Assembly: GCA_030428885.1 (NCBI GenBank)
Contig: JAUIEJ010000011.1
Location: forward strand, 121,279-185,278
DNA: 64,000 nucleotides
From: Gemmatimonadota bacterium
Lineage (GTDB): Bacteria; Gemmatimonadota; Gemmatimonadetes; Longimicrobiales; Gaopeijiaceae
Direction: 5' to 3'
The position numbers were made by a program, and so were the translations under genes. Within the stretch, counting starts at the first letter, position 1; each line of letters begins with the position of its first letter. Under the pieces are notes generated by a model. The model was not told the DNA's origin. It made no database searches and saw nothing but the letters and a program-made list of their open reading frames with translations. Positions 19,823-30,090 of this stretch are shown piece by piece.

Positions 19823-19844
19823 TCGAGTCCCGCCCCCGGCATGG
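19823..19844 (+). repeat. att core, copy 2 (distal end of the islet)
   Basis: Exact 22-bp copy of 16887-16908. Confidence 0.9.
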
Positions 19845-19879
19845 TCGGCCTTCGGGTGACCCGGCCCCTTCTCCCAGTC

Positions 19880-20278
19880 TCAGGTCGGCGTCGCCCGGCT
19901 CGGGGAGGGACGCCCCGGCAGGGCCATGGCCGCCGCTCCGGCGAGAAGCGCCCCGACCCAGACGGTGGGGCCTCCGACGCCGGGAACCGCCGCCACGCCG
20001 CTGGCCGCCGAAACGAGCACGGCCGTGAGGGCTCCGAGAAGACCCCCGGCCAGCCGCCAGGGCAACACCGCGGGTGCCGGCGCCAGGTTCGCCATCACCT
20101 CGTCCGTGAACCCGGCGTCGGGCGCGGTCGTCTCCTCCAGGGCGAGCCGGACCGTGGACAGGGTCGCCACCGATCGTCCGCACTCCGGGCAGTCGGCGAC
20201 GTGGCGAGCGAGGGCCACCGGGTCGGCCGAGAGGCGGGCGAGGGCCACGAGAAGGTCGAGATCAGGGCAGGGGGGCAT
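19880..20278 (-). CDS. zinc-binding anti-sigma factor-like membrane protein
   Basis: HVADCPEC (HxxxCxxC) motif and C-terminal hydrophobic segments. Overlaps the ECF sigma gene. Confidence 0.7.
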   Translation of the reverse strand: MPPCPDLDLLVALARLSADPVALARHVADCPECGRSVATLSTVRLALEETTAPDAGFTDEVMANLAPAPAVLPWRLAGGLLGALTAVLVSAASGVAAVPGVGGPTVWVGALLAGAAAMALPGRPSPSRATPT

Positions 20279-20813
20279 CGGTCCAACTCCTCAAGAGAGG
20301 GTCGAGGGCGTGCAGGGCGTGGTGGAGCGTCGCTTTGACGGTGCCTTCGGCGATGCCGAGGGATTGGGCGCATTCCCGGGTCGATCGGCCCTCCAGCATG
20401 CGGAGCACCACCACGTCCCGCTGGCGGGGCGTCAGGTGATCCAGGGCCTCCGACACGGCGCGTTGCAGCGCCCGGCGGTGGGCCGGAGCATCCGTCGGCT
20501 CGGGACGGGGAGCGTCATGGGCGAGTGCATCCGGGTCGAAGTCCCGGGCGGCGACCTTTCGACCTTCCGAGCGGCAGACGTTGCGGCAGATCGTGCGCAA
20601 CCACGCAGGGAGGCTTCCCCAGGCCGAGAGCTGGCGCCGGTTGCGGTAGGCCTGCACCCAGGTGATCTGCACGGTCTCGTGGGCTCGGTCCGGGTCTCCC
20701 CAATACGCGAGGGCCAGGGACAACAGGCCCGGCGAATGGTGCTCGACGAGCTCCCGGAACAGACCGGGGTCTCCGTCGTGGAAGGCCTTCAGCGACCCGG
20801 GCGGCCCCGTCAC
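20262..20813 (-). CDS. ECF RNA polymerase sigma factor
   Basis: From GTG at 20813: region 2 (FRELVEHH..AWLRTICRN) and region 4 (LTPRQRDVVVLRMLEGRS..AQSLGIAEGTVK). Confidence 0.9.
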   Translation of the reverse strand: MTGPPGSLKAFHDGDPGLFRELVEHHSPGLLSLALAYWGDPDRAHETVQITWVQAYRNRRQLSAWGSLPAWLRTICRNVCRSEGRKVAARDFDPDALAHDAPRPEPTDAPAHRRALQRAVSEALDHLTPRQRDVVVLRMLEGRSTRECAQSLGIAEGTVKATLHHALHALDPLLRSWTDAPLP

Positions 20814-21586
20814 TACGTGTCGCCTCTCCCGACGCCCTGCAGGGCTACGAGGGTCGGAAGGCCCAGTCCGCACGCCAACACGGCCGGGGCGAGGACGATG
20901 AACCAGGCGGAGAAGGCCGCCGGCCCGGCGACCCGGACCGCAACCATCTCGAATCCGTTCTCTCCGCCGAGGTAGATCGACGCCAGGAGTCCCGCGGCCA
21001 CGGCCAGAGCTGTCGGGATCCGGGCCGCCACCGGCATCCTCTCCAACCAGAACCCCACCATCAGACCGATGGCCGCCAGCAGCGGCACCAGCATGGTGTG
21101 GGCGAGGCGACGCTCGTGTTCGAAGGCCGCCACGTTGGCGGCCTGCCAGGCGCTCACCTCTCCGCCGGGGGCCAGGTCCCGCACCTCCGGGGCCAACTCC
21201 GCCAGATGCTGCCGGAGCTCGGGCAGGGTCATCGCCCGCACTTCGGGGAGGCTCGCGGCCTCGGGAGCTCGGGTGGCGGCCAGAGACCGGGGGACCACGA
21301 CCTGGTTCAGCCCGGCCACGCCTCCGGTCAGCATCAAGCCGCCGAAGAGAAGGGGCACCAGGCCCGCCGCCAGGCCGACGCCGTTGGGGGCCTTCAGCAG
21401 GCGGGCTCCGACGGCGATCGCCGCGGGAAAGCACGCCAGCGTGAGGGCGTACGCCACCACTCCCGGAATCCGGGCCCATACGCTCCAGGACTCCCCGTGC
21501 CCGCCCCAGCCGGTGACCAGGAGGAACGAGGCCAGGACCAGGGTCCAGACGGCCAGGTGCAGTGCAAAATGTCGGAGGGATTCCAT
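20813..21586 (-). CDS. hypothetical integral membrane protein
   Basis: Several hydrophobic segments, coupled to the sigma gene. Confidence 0.6.
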   Translation of the reverse strand: MESLRHFALHLAVWTLVLASFLLVTGWGGHGESWSVWARIPGVVAYALTLACFPAAIAVGARLLKAPNGVGLAAGLVPLLFGGLMLTGGVAGLNQVVVPRSLAATRAPEAASLPEVRAMTLPELRQHLAELAPEVRDLAPGGEVSAWQAANVAAFEHERRLAHTMLVPLLAAIGLMVGFWLERMPVAARIPTALAVAAGLLASIYLGGENGFEMVAVRVAGPAAFSAWFIVLAPAVLACGLGLPTLVALQGVGRGDT

Positions 21587-21645
21587 GATCGGCCCCGCGT
21601 GTGAGGAGAAGGACGTTCTCTGGACGCGCGGCGGACCGAGGGGGT

Positions 21646-22443
21646 TTAGTGCCCCACCTCACCCCGGAGTTCGTACCCGACCTGGACGACCAGGCCGTCG
21701 ATGGGGACGGTACCGGCGAGGGGGTGGTCACCCTCGATCTGCCAGTGGGCCTCTCCTCCGCACCCCCGCTCCACGTGACCGGTGAAGGTTACGTCGACCG
21801 CGCTACGGCCCGCGGACGCCGCCGGGGGGTGGATGATCTGGCGCCCGGTCCCGCCCGCCGGGCCGGGTGGCGCAGGCGCGGCCTCACAGACGCCCCGAAC
21901 CGTCAGCCCGGGCGCCGAGATGGCCGCGACCCACCGCGACGAATCGGGGTGACGGAGGGTCACGTCGCCGGAGTCGGCGTAGTACCCCCGGCTCGTCATC
22001 CACCGGGCGAACTCCGCGTCGGCGACCCAGAACTCCAGGGCCAGAAAGGGTGTCGCCCCCACCGGGGCCTCCGCACCGTCGTCGAGGGCCACGCGGGCGA
22101 ACCAGAGCCCGGCACCCCCGGCGTCGCCCCACGACGGCGACCTGCCATCGATGGTGAAGGTGTCGGCCCGCACCACCTCGAGGAACGATACGCCCCACTC
22201 CCCCAGATCGGGGTGGGCCTCCAGGTGGTCCACGGCCCAGGGCACGCCCTGGCCGGCCAGTTCTCCGATGGTCTGGAACCTCAGCCCCTCCGGGAGCCGG
22301 TCCCGAACCCCCTCGGGGTCGAAGGCCCGCCACTCCACGAGTTGCTCCGGGCCGGATACCGTCCAGCCCGTGACGGGTGGGGCCGGGCTCGTGCAGCCCA
22401 GAACCACGAGCAACACTGGGAACCACGGGCGGGTCCGTCCCAC
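21646..22443 (-). CDS. hypothetical lipoprotein
   Basis: GGAGGAG RBS before GTG at 22443, lipobox-like LVVLG-C. Confidence 0.55.
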   Translation of the reverse strand: MGRTRPWFPVLLVVLGCTSPAPPVTGWTVSGPEQLVEWRAFDPEGVRDRLPEGLRFQTIGELAGQGVPWAVDHLEAHPDLGEWGVSFLEVVRADTFTIDGRSPSWGDAGGAGLWFARVALDDGAEAPVGATPFLALEFWVADAEFARWMTSRGYYADSGDVTLRHPDSSRWVAAISAPGLTVRGVCEAAPAPPGPAGGTGRQIIHPPAASAGRSAVDVTFTGHVERGCGGEAHWQIEGDHPLAGTVPIDGLVVQVGYELRGEVGH

Positions 22444-22445
22444 TT

Positions 22446-25097
22446 CTACTCCTCCCGAAGGGTCCGTGCGGGGTCGACCCGTCCCGCGCGCCAACCGGGC
22501 ACCAGGCTGGCAAGAGCCCCCGTCAACAGGAGCACGGCCGCCGCCGTGGCCAGGGCCCGAGGGTCGTTGGGCGACACACCGTACAACAGTGACTCCACGA
22601 GTCGCCCCAGGGCCAGGGCGGCGGCAAGTCCCACGGCGACGCCCACGGCCACCACCTGGAGTCCCTCACCCACCACGAGCCGGAGAATCGCCCGGAGACC
22701 GGCCCCCAACGCGACGCGGACGCCCATCTCGTGGGTCCGCTGGCTCACGGCGTAGGCCATCACACTGTACACCCCCACCACCGTCACCAGGAGCGCCAGG
22801 AGACCGAAGGCGGTGAAGAGCTGGGCGCCCAGACGCCAGGGCCGTAGCTGGGGCTCCAGGGCGTCGGGCATGCGGCGAATGTCCACGTTCCGCGCCCCCC
22901 ACCGGTCCACCGTTTCAGCGCGTACGGCCGCGGCGATGGAGGTCCAGCGGCTCGGATCCACCCGGAGCAGGACATAGCCCCCCGTGTGGTCGGCACGCCG
23001 AGGTCGGTAGTACTTCTGGGTCGGGTCGTCCATGATGCCGAATCGGCGGGAGTTCTCCACGATGCCCACCACCTCCTGGCAGGGCCCCGGGGGATCGCCC
23101 AGGTAGAGGCACTTTCCCAGCGCCGACTCGCCGGGCCAGAAGGCCTCGGCCATGAACTGGCTCAACACCACGGCGTCCACGTCGCCCGCCTCGAACGTCC
23201 GTCCGGCCAGGAGCCCCATCCCCGTCACCGCGAAGAACTCCGGCGATACGGTGTTGTAGGACGGGTACTCCCCGGGCCCGAGGTCCGGCACCGAGTCCCG
23301 CCCCTCGGCGGCCACTTGGGTTCCAGAGCTACCGAACATGGGCACCGCCGAAGCCAGGGCCGCACCGAACACGCCGCTCACCGACTCGAGCCGGGCAGCC
23401 AGTTCCGCCTGCAGCCCCAGTTCGTCCGCTCCGTCGCCTCGCACGGCGACCCAGGCGAGTTCGTCCACGTCGAACCCCAGGCGGATCGCGGCCACGTTCT
23501 GCAAACTCTCCAGAAACAGGCCGGCGCCGCCCAGGAGGACCACGGCGAGGGCGGCCTGCGCCGCCAGGAGTCCCGACCGCAGCAGCGAACCGGTGCGCCC
23601 TCCCCGAGGACCGCCGCTTCGCAGGCCCATCCCCACCGTTCCCCACCACGACTGGAGGGTCGGGGTGAGTGCGGCCAGCAGTCCCACGGCCGCGGCGCTC
23701 AGGGCCGCGGCCACAACCGCCCGGACGTCCAGAGCGCCCCCGGCCCAGTGGACATCGGGGAGGAGCAGGCGCCGAAGTGTGGCGCCACCCCAGCCGGCCA
23801 GGGGCACGGCCACCACCAGAGCCAGGCCCGTGAGGAGCAGGCCCTCCGTGGCGAGTTGCCACGCCAGACGGCCTTTGGAGACGCCCAGGGCCCGCCGCAC
23901 GGCGATCTCGTGGCGCCGCCGGGCGGATCGGACCAGGAGCAGCCCCGCCAGGTTCGCGCCGGCGATGAGGAGCACCATGACGCTGACGCCGGCCATGCGC
24001 ATGGAGAGGGACACGGCCTGGTTGGCGGCATCGGTGCCGGCCTCGGCGCCCACCCCCCGGGCCGCGATGATGGACCCGGGGAGGACGACCGCCGTGGAAT
24101 CCGGCGCCCGCCCCTCGGGCAGAACCTGTCGCGCGAACCCCGCCGTGGCCCGCTCCGACAACTGGGGGTCCAACCCTTCGCCGCCGCGGACCACGACGTG
24201 GAGGTAGTTGCCGATCGATTCGTACCAGGGCAGGCCCAACTGACCGGGCGCCGGGAAGGTGTTCAAGGGAAGGAAGACGTCGGTGTAGCTGAGATCGAGG
24301 CCTCCGAATCCCTCCCGGGCCACGCCGATGATGGTGAAGGTCGTGCTGTCCATGCGAAACGTGCGGCCCAGCGCCCCGGGATCCGACGAGTAGGCCCGCT
24401 CCCAGAATCCGTGGGAGATCACCGCCACGGGGCGGGGTGTGGCCACGCCCTCTTCGTCCGGGCCGAACAGACGGCCGCGATGGGGCAGCACCCCCAGCAC
24501 GTCGAAGTAGTCGTGGGTCACCCATGCCGTGCGCGCCGTGAACTCTCCGTCGGCCCCTTCGAAACGACGTTCCCTCGACGGGGTCCACCCGGCCATCCGG
24601 GGTCCCTCGTCGAGGGCCGCGTCCACCGCCGAGTACGCCGGATAGTTGAAGAACGGGAACACCATGCCCGGATCGAAGGGATGATCCGGAAACTCGAGGT
24701 ACAACCGACGGAGGTCGTCGGGGGCACGCAGTCCCGCCGGGGGCTGACCGAACAGGCGATCCAGGACCGAGAAGACGGCGCCGTTGGCGCCCACGCCGAG
24801 AGCCAGGGTGAGGGCGGCGAGGAGGGCGAACCCCGGCGCCCGAACGAGTCCCCGCACGGCGAAGCCCAGGTCCTGCCGGATCGCGTCGCTCCAGCGCGAC
24901 CACCGGGAGCCCCGAGGGCGCGAGGGGGGCGGAGGGGGCAGGGGTGTGGCCTCGGCCGAGAGGATGTCGGTCCCTCCCGTGCCGTGGAGGGCGTCCATCT
25001 CCTCGTGGAAACGCCGCTCCTCGGCCTGCTCCCGAGCGTACGCATCGGCGTGGACGAGCACGTGAATCCGGTGGCGGAGCCCATCGAGCCAGGACAC
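22446..25097 (-). CDS. duplicated orphan ABC permease (ADOP; MacB/FtsX domains)
   Basis: [35 protein letters not shown]-like segment, [26 protein letters not shown]. Confidence 0.9.
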   Translation of the reverse strand: MSWLDGLRHRIHVLVHADAYAREQAEERRFHEEMDALHGTGGTDILSAEATPLPPPPPSRPRGSRWSRWSDAIRQDLGFAVRGLVRAPGFALLAALTLALGVGANGAVFSVLDRLFGQPPAGLRAPDDLRRLYLEFPDHPFDPGMVFPFFNYPAYSAVDAALDEGPRMAGWTPSRERRFEGADGEFTARTAWVTHDYFDVLGVLPHRGRLFGPDEEGVATPRPVAVISHGFWERAYSSDPGALGRTFRMDSTTFTIIGVAREGFGGLDLSYTDVFLPLNTFPAPGQLGLPWYESIGNYLHVVVRGGEGLDPQLSERATAGFARQVLPEGRAPDSTAVVLPGSIIAARGVGAEAGTDAANQAVSLSMRMAGVSVMVLLIAGANLAGLLLVRSARRRHEIAVRRALGVSKGRLAWQLATEGLLLTGLALVVAVPLAGWGGATLRRLLLPDVHWAGGALDVRAVVAAALSAAAVGLLAALTPTLQSWWGTVGMGLRSGGPRGGRTGSLLRSGLLAAQAALAVVLLGGAGLFLESLQNVAAIRLGFDVDELAWVAVRGDGADELGLQAELAARLESVSGVFGAALASAVPMFGSSGTQVAAEGRDSVPDLGPGEYPSYNTVSPEFFAVTGMGLLAGRTFEAGDVDAVVLSQFMAEAFWPGESALGKCLYLGDPPGPCQEVVGIVENSRRFGIMDDPTQKYYRPRRADHTGGYVLLRVDPSRWTSIAAAVRAETVDRWGARNVDIRRMPDALEPQLRPWRLGAQLFTAFGLLALLVTVVGVYSVMAYAVSQRTHEMGVRVALGAGLRAILRLVVGEGLQVVAVGVAVGLAAALALGRLVESLLYGVSPNDPRALATAAAVLLLTGALASLVPGWRAGRVDPARTLREE

Positions 25098-25100
25098 CGG

Positions 25101-25448
25101 TCAGGCCCCCGACATCACGCGGGCGATGGCGCCGGTCATGCGTTCGTAGTCGGCCTGCTTGGACTCGAGTCTACGCGATCCCGACGGGGTGATGGTGTAG
25201 AACCGGGCCCGGCGCCCCGTGTGGGAGGTGTCCCAGCGGGCCGTGGTCCACCCCTTCTTGAGCAGGCGCTCCAGGGCCGGATAGAGGGATCCCCGGGGAA
25301 CGGTCAACACGCCGCCCGACGCGTCCTCCAGCCGCTGGGCGATGCCGTATCCGTGGAGGGACCCCTCATGGAGCACGTGGAGGATCAGCATGTCGAGGGT
25401 GCCGGGAAGCAGATCGGGTCCGGAGCCACCGGTGGCGGACATGGGCAT
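25101..25448 (-). CDS. PadR family regulator (type associated with ADOP permeases)
   Basis: LLPGTLDMLIL..LHGYGIAQR..GSLYPALERL..RRARFYTIT. Confidence 0.92.
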   Translation of the reverse strand: MPMSATGGSGPDLLPGTLDMLILHVLHEGSLHGYGIAQRLEDASGGVLTVPRGSLYPALERLLKKGWTTARWDTSHTGRRARFYTITPSGSRRLESKQADYERMTGAIARVMSGA

Positions 25449-25454
25449 CCATAG

Positions 25455-25482
25455 GTAGACAGACTAGATAAGTAGACGGACT
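25455..25482. promoter_or_regulatory. putative PadR operator (direct repeat GTAGACRGACT x2)
   Basis: GTAGACAGACT at 25455 and GTAGACGGACT at 25472 in an AT-richer patch directly upstream of padR. Confidence 0.35.
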
Positions 25483-25663
25483 GACTATACGCCTCCGCCG
25501 GGGGCACGTCCAGCCGTTCCTTCCCGGTCCACCCCGAGTTGCGCCCGGACTTCCCGACATCGACGGGCCTCGGGCGTTACGTTGGAGCCCGCACCCCCCG
25601 TGCAAGGGCCGGCCCGGCCCGTCGTATCGTTCGTCGCCGCCGCTGTCCCGACCATCCGCCGCC

Positions 25664-26719
25664 ATGACGCCCTCCGAAGCCTCCACCCGCGCCTCCGGTC
25701 CGCCGTCGGCCCCCGACCCGGGGGTGGCGAAGCGGACGGGCACCGGGGCCGGCGTGGTGGTGGTCGGGGTGGTCCTGGCCACCGCCGCCGTGGCCCTGGG
25801 GGCGGGCGGCGTAGGGAGACTGTTTGGTGCCGCCGGCGGGTCGTGGGCGGCGTCGGCTCGAGGGGTCGGGGTCGTCTTCACCGGGCTCGGCGTGGCCGGC
25901 CTCGCGTGGTACCGGGTGCGGCTGCGCACCGTGGCCCACCCCCGCTCCGACCCCACCGTGTCGGCCCTCACGGCCGCGGGCGCCCTCATGGCCGCCCTGG
26001 CCCTGGTGGCGTTCCTCATGCCGTCGGTGTCCCTCCCCGGGGGCATGCCGTCGGCTTCGGCGGGCGCCGAGTCGGGGGCAGCCATGAATCCCGATGCCCA
26101 GGGCCCGCCCCAACCTCCCGCGCCCCCCCGACCGGGGCAGGAGACCCGGGGGGCGGCCTTCGACGACGGGGGCCCGCCGCCTCCGCCCCCACCGACCCGC
26201 CGGACCCGGGCCGACGACGAGCCCGAGCCGCCCCCGGTGGGCGACTTCGGCATGCTCGCCGACATGGGCAACCTGCTCCTGGTCGTCCTGGTGGTGGCGG
26301 TGGTCCTGGCCGGGATGTTCGCCAAGCGGCGGCGGAAAGACGACGAAGACGAGGAGCTTCCCGAATCCCCCATCCGGCCCTACGACGCGGAGGAGGGGCT
26401 CCGGGCCTCCCTGGCCGCCGTGCACGACGAAGGGGGCACGCCCCGGGACCGGATCCTGGCCGCCTACCGGGCGCTCCTGGCCGCCCTGGAGGCCGCCGAC
26501 GCCCCTCGCTTTCCCCACGAGGCGCCCCACGAGCACCTCCACAGGGTGATGGGCCCCCTGGGCGTGCCCCGGGCCCCCATGCACGCTCTGGCCGGACTCT
26601 ACGTGGCCGCCCAGTACGGGATCCGCGAACTGGGCGAGGACGACCGGGAGCGGGCGGGGCGGGCCCTCGCCGACAGTCTCGACGCGCTGGGCGCCGCCAC
26701 CGCCGGGGCCCCGGCGTGA
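25664..26719 (+). CDS. DUF4129-domain membrane protein
   Basis: TM segments, Pro-rich linker, C-terminal ILAAYRAL..PHE..LAGLY..AQYG. Heads the MoxR operon. Confidence 0.75.
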   Translation: MTPSEASTRASGPPSAPDPGVAKRTGTGAGVVVVGVVLATAAVALGAGGVGRLFGAAGGSWAASARGVGVVFTGLGVAGLAWYRVRLRTVAHPRSDPTVSALTAAGALMAALALVAFLMPSVSLPGGMPSASAGAESGAAMNPDAQGPPQPPAPPRPGQETRGAAFDDGGPPPPPPPTRRTRADDEPEPPPVGDFGMLADMGNLLLVVLVVAVVLAGMFAKRRRKDDEDEELPESPIRPYDAEEGLRASLAAVHDEGGTPRDRILAAYRALLAALEAADAPRFPHEAPHEHLHRVMGPLGVPRAPMHALAGLYVAAQYGIRELGEDDRERAGRALADSLDALGAATAGAPA

Positions 26720-27285
26720 ACGACTCGGTGCTTCGGCCGGGCCACGTGGCCGCGGCGGCCCTCACCCTGGGGGGACTCCTCCTCATGGGCGTCCCCAGCC
26801 GCGGGCCCAGCATCGTCCGGCTGGTGCTGGTCACGGTGGCGGCGGCCGGCGCCGTCTACGCCCTGCTGGTCCACGGCGGCCCCACCCTCCGCCTGTCGGC
26901 CTTCCGGTGGACCCTGCGCCCCGAGGGCGACGAAGCGGCCTCCTTCGACGCCCACCGGCTCCGCACGGCCTTGAACGGGCGGCGACACCGCGTCGCCCCG
27001 GGACGCACCCTCCCTCCCGCGGCCATCCGCCTGCTCCAGCCCCTCATCGAGGCCCACCTCGTCCACGAGGGCGCGGGCCCCGACGAACCCTACCGGCGCG
27101 CCGCCGCCCTCGCCCGCCTCTCGCCCCTCACCCGGGCGGTCCTGGACCACGACGCCACGGTCCAACCGCCCTGGTTCCGGACCCGCCGCCCCGACGCCGC
27201 CGCGTCGGCCCGCCTGGTGCAGGGCGTCCTCGACGACCTGGGCCTCGCCATGGCCCCCGACTCTTCCTCCACACCACCGCCATGA
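26716..27285 (+). CDS. hypothetical membrane protein of the MoxR operon
   Basis: GTGA/ATGA overlaps with both neighbours, two N-terminal TM segments. Confidence 0.65.
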   Translation: MNDSVLRPGHVAAAALTLGGLLLMGVPSRGPSIVRLVLVTVAAAGAVYALLVHGGPTLRLSAFRWTLRPEGDEAASFDAHRLRTALNGRRHRVAPGRTLPPAAIRLLQPLIEAHLVHEGAGPDEPYRRAAALARLSPLTRAVLDHDATVQPPWFRTRRPDAAASARLVQGVLDDLGLAMAPDSSSTPPP

Positions 27286-28289
27286 CCCGGTCCGCTCCGT
27301 CTCCCGACACCACCCGCCCCAGCGGGACCGTCCCGCCGCTGCCCTTCGCCGACGCCGCCGACCTGGTGGATCGCATCCTGGACGAGGTGTGCCGGGCCGT
27401 GGTGGGGAAGCGCGAGGTGATCCGCCTCATCCTGGCGGGACTCGTGGCCGACGGGCACGTCCTCCTGGACGACGTGCCGGGGGTGGCCAAGACCCTCACG
27501 GCCCGCTCCATCGCCGCCGCCGCGGGGCTGGACTTCTCCCGGGTCCAGTTCACCCCCGACGTCCTTCCCGCCGACATCACCGGCTCCCTGGTTCTGGATC
27601 TCACCACCCGGACCCCCGAATTCCGACCGGGGCCCGTCTTCACCGACCTGCTCCTGGCCGACGAGGTGAACCGGGCGCCGGCCAAGACCCAGGCGGCGCT
27701 GTTGGAGGCCATGCAGGAACGCCAGGTCACCGTCGACGGGGTGGCCCACGCCTTGCCCCGGCCGTTCCTGGTCATCGCCACCCAGAACCCCATCGAATCC
27801 GAGGGCACCTACCCCCTTCCCGAGGCCCAGCTCGACCGGTTCCTGCTGCGCACCACCATGGGGTATCCGTCGGAAGCCGACGAGGTGAGCCTCCTCACGG
27901 AACGGGTGGCCCGGGGCACCGACGAGGTGGCGCTGGACGCGGTCTGCGACCCCGCCACCTTCGTACGGCTTCAACGGGCGCTGGAGGAGATCCACGTCGA
28001 TCCCCGGCTCCTGGCCTACTCGGTGGCCGTGGTCCGGGCGACCCGCCATTCGCCCCAACTCGTGGTGGGCTCGAGCCCCCGGGGCACCCTGGCCCTGGTG
28101 AAGCTGGCTCGGGCCGCGGCCCTCCTGGCCCGGCGCGACCACGTGGGACCCGACGACATCCGAGCCATGGCGGTCCCGGCCCTGGCCCACCGGGTGGTAC
28201 TGTCCGACGATGCCTGGGCCCGGCGCACCGACCCGGAAGACGTGGTGCGCCGCGCAGTGGATTCGGTTCCGGTGCCGGACCTGGCGTGA
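27282..28289 (+). CDS. MoxR family AAA+ ATPase
   Basis: GHVLLDDVPGVAKT, QFTPDVLPADITG, LADEVNRAPAKTQAALLEAMQE, ATQNPIESEGTYPLPEAQLDRF. Confidence 0.95.
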   Translation: MTRSAPSPDTTRPSGTVPPLPFADAADLVDRILDEVCRAVVGKREVIRLILAGLVADGHVLLDDVPGVAKTLTARSIAAAAGLDFSRVQFTPDVLPADITGSLVLDLTTRTPEFRPGPVFTDLLLADEVNRAPAKTQAALLEAMQERQVTVDGVAHALPRPFLVIATQNPIESEGTYPLPEAQLDRFLLRTTMGYPSEADEVSLLTERVARGTDEVALDAVCDPATFVRLQRALEEIHVDPRLLAYSVAVVRATRHSPQLVVGSSPRGTLALVKLARAAALLARRDHVGPDDIRAMAVPALAHRVVLSDDAWARRTDPEDVVRRAVDSVPVPDLA

Positions 28290-29596
28290 CCGATCCGCCC
28301 CCCTCGGAGCTGATCCGGCGCCGCCCCGATCCCCGGCTCCCCGCCTATCTCCTGGCGGGGTTCGGCGCCCTCATCCTGGCGGTGGCGGCGGGACGCGCCG
28401 AACTGGCCGCCCTGGGCGCCCCCTTCGTGGCCCTCGCCGCCGCGGGCCTGGTCCGCCGCGAGCCCCGCAACATCCGGGGCGAGGTGACGGTGCGGGACGA
28501 TCGGGTCATCGAGGGCGACGAGATCCGGGGCGAGGTGACGCTCCACTGGGACGGCGCAGGGGAGATCGAGGCCGTTCTGACCGCATGGCGGGGCGTCGTG
28601 GCCGTGGAGCCGACCCCGGTCCCGGGCTGGGCGCCCGAGGCGCGGACCGGCCCCGTGACCCTGCCGTTCCGCCTCCGGGCCCAGGCGTGGGGCCACCACG
28701 AACTGGGCCACCTCTGGGTTCGGGCCCGGGCCCCCGGGGGGCTCGTGGAGCGGGAGTTGAAGGTGGCCGTGGCCCCCAGCGTCCGGGTGCTCCCGGGCCC
28801 CCTCCGGCTCGACAAGCTCCTCACCCCCCGGGAACCCCGGGCCGTGGCGGGCCAGCACCTCTCCCGCCTCCGGGGCCCCGGCACGGACTTCGCCGAGCTC
28901 CGCCCCTATCAGCCCGGCGACCGCCTCCGGGACGTCTCGTGGGCCACCTCGGCCCGCCTGGGAGAGCCGTGGGTGGCCGTCCATCATCCCGAGCGCACGG
29001 GCACGGTGGTGATCCTCCTGGACACCTTCTTCGGCGACGACCGGGAGACCAACGAGGCCCTGGCTCGGGCCGCACGGGCGGCGTGGGCCGTGGCCTCGGC
29101 CCACCTGGCGGCCCAGGACCGGGTGGGACTCCTGGCCCGGGGCCGCACCGCCGCGTGGGTCCCTCCGGGAGGCGGCCGCCGGGCTCGCTGGATGATCATC
29201 GACCAGCTCCTGGCCGTGGGCGGCGCCGCCGAAGACCCCTGGCGTCGCCGGCGGGGACGCCGGGTCGTGGTGCCCGCCGACGCCCTGGTGGTGGGCATCA
29301 CGGCCCTGCGGTCCCGCACCTACGTCCAGGAACTCCTGCACCACCGGCGCAACGGCCACGCCACGGTGGCTCTGGTCCTGGACACGGCCGACCTGCTGCC
29401 CGGGGCCTCCGACGCACCGGGGCAGGCTGCCCGGCGCCTCTGGTTCGCCCGCCGCCAGGTGGAGCGCCAGGTGCTGGAGAAGGGCGGGGTCTCCACGGTC
29501 CTGGTGCCCCCCGACGGGAGCGTGGGCCCGGCGGTGTCGGCCCTGCGCCGCCGCATGGGGTCCCTCCACGTGGCCGGGGCCGGGGGCGTACGATGA
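28286..29596 (+). CDS. DUF58 (VWA-like) protein
   Basis: GTDFAELRPYQPGDRLRDVSW..SAR, VVILLD. Canonical MoxR partner. Confidence 0.88.
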   Translation: MTDPPPSELIRRRPDPRLPAYLLAGFGALILAVAAGRAELAALGAPFVALAAAGLVRREPRNIRGEVTVRDDRVIEGDEIRGEVTLHWDGAGEIEAVLTAWRGVVAVEPTPVPGWAPEARTGPVTLPFRLRAQAWGHHELGHLWVRARAPGGLVERELKVAVAPSVRVLPGPLRLDKLLTPREPRAVAGQHLSRLRGPGTDFAELRPYQPGDRLRDVSWATSARLGEPWVAVHHPERTGTVVILLDTFFGDDRETNEALARAARAAWAVASAHLAAQDRVGLLARGRTAAWVPPGGGRRARWMIIDQLLAVGGAAEDPWRRRRGRRVVVPADALVVGITALRSRTYVQELLHHRRNGHATVALVLDTADLLPGASDAPGQAARRLWFARRQVERQVLEKGGVSTVLVPPDGSVGPAVSALRRRMGSLHVAGAGGVR

Positions 29597-30081
29597 GCAC
29601 CTGGTGGCCCGCCCGGCGGCTCAGCGCGGCCCTCGCCGTGGCCACGGCGCTGGTCCTGGCCCTGTCGGCGGTGGGGCAGGGGGCGGCGCCCTGGTACGCG
29701 GCCTTGTACGTGGCCGTGGCCGTGTTCGGGGTGGGCAGCCCCGGGGCCCTTCCGGTGCAGGTCGTGGCCGGCGTGAGCATGGTGGCGGGACTCCTCGTGG
29801 CCGGGGCCTCGCCCCTCGCCCTCGCGCCCCTGGTGGCCGGGGTGGTGGCCACAGCCGAGCTGCTGGCCGTGACCGCCCGCCTCGACGCCCCCATGGAGCG
29901 CCCCGCCGGCGACCTCCTGCTCCGGGCGGGCGGCCATGCGGCGGCGGCCGGCGCCGTCTACGCCGTCGTCCTCGGGGCGGGCCGCCTTCCCGGGCCCTCG
30001 GGCCTGGCGGCGGTGGCCCTGGGCTCGGGAGCGGCGCTGGTGGCCGCCCTCCTGCTGGTCCGGCGGACCCGGGCTCGGTAG
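29593..30081 (+). CDS. small membrane protein
   Basis: Highly hydrophobic, ATGA overlap with the DUF58 gene. Confidence 0.6.
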   Translation: MSTWWPARRLSAALAVATALVLALSAVGQGAAPWYAALYVAVAVFGVGSPGALPVQVVAGVSMVAGLLVAGASPLALAPLVAGVVATAELLAVTARLDAPMERPAGDLLLRAGGHAAAAGAVYAVVLGAGRLPGPSGLAAVALGSGAALVAALLLVRRTRAR

Positions 30082-30090
30082 ACTCCGCCC

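Larger units (their letters stand above)
16909..19844. mobile_element. decayed integrative islet at tRNA-Leu
   Basis: Bounded by a 22-bp direct repeat of the tRNA 3' end. Visibly lower GC than the flanks. Contains an integrase remnant and an excisionase-like HTH. Confidence 0.88.

Noticed and set aside
21646-22443. Acetoacetate-decarboxylase-like fold for this lipoprotein
   Set aside because: Based only on a short FDPEGVRDRLPEGL resemblance, too weak without a profile search.
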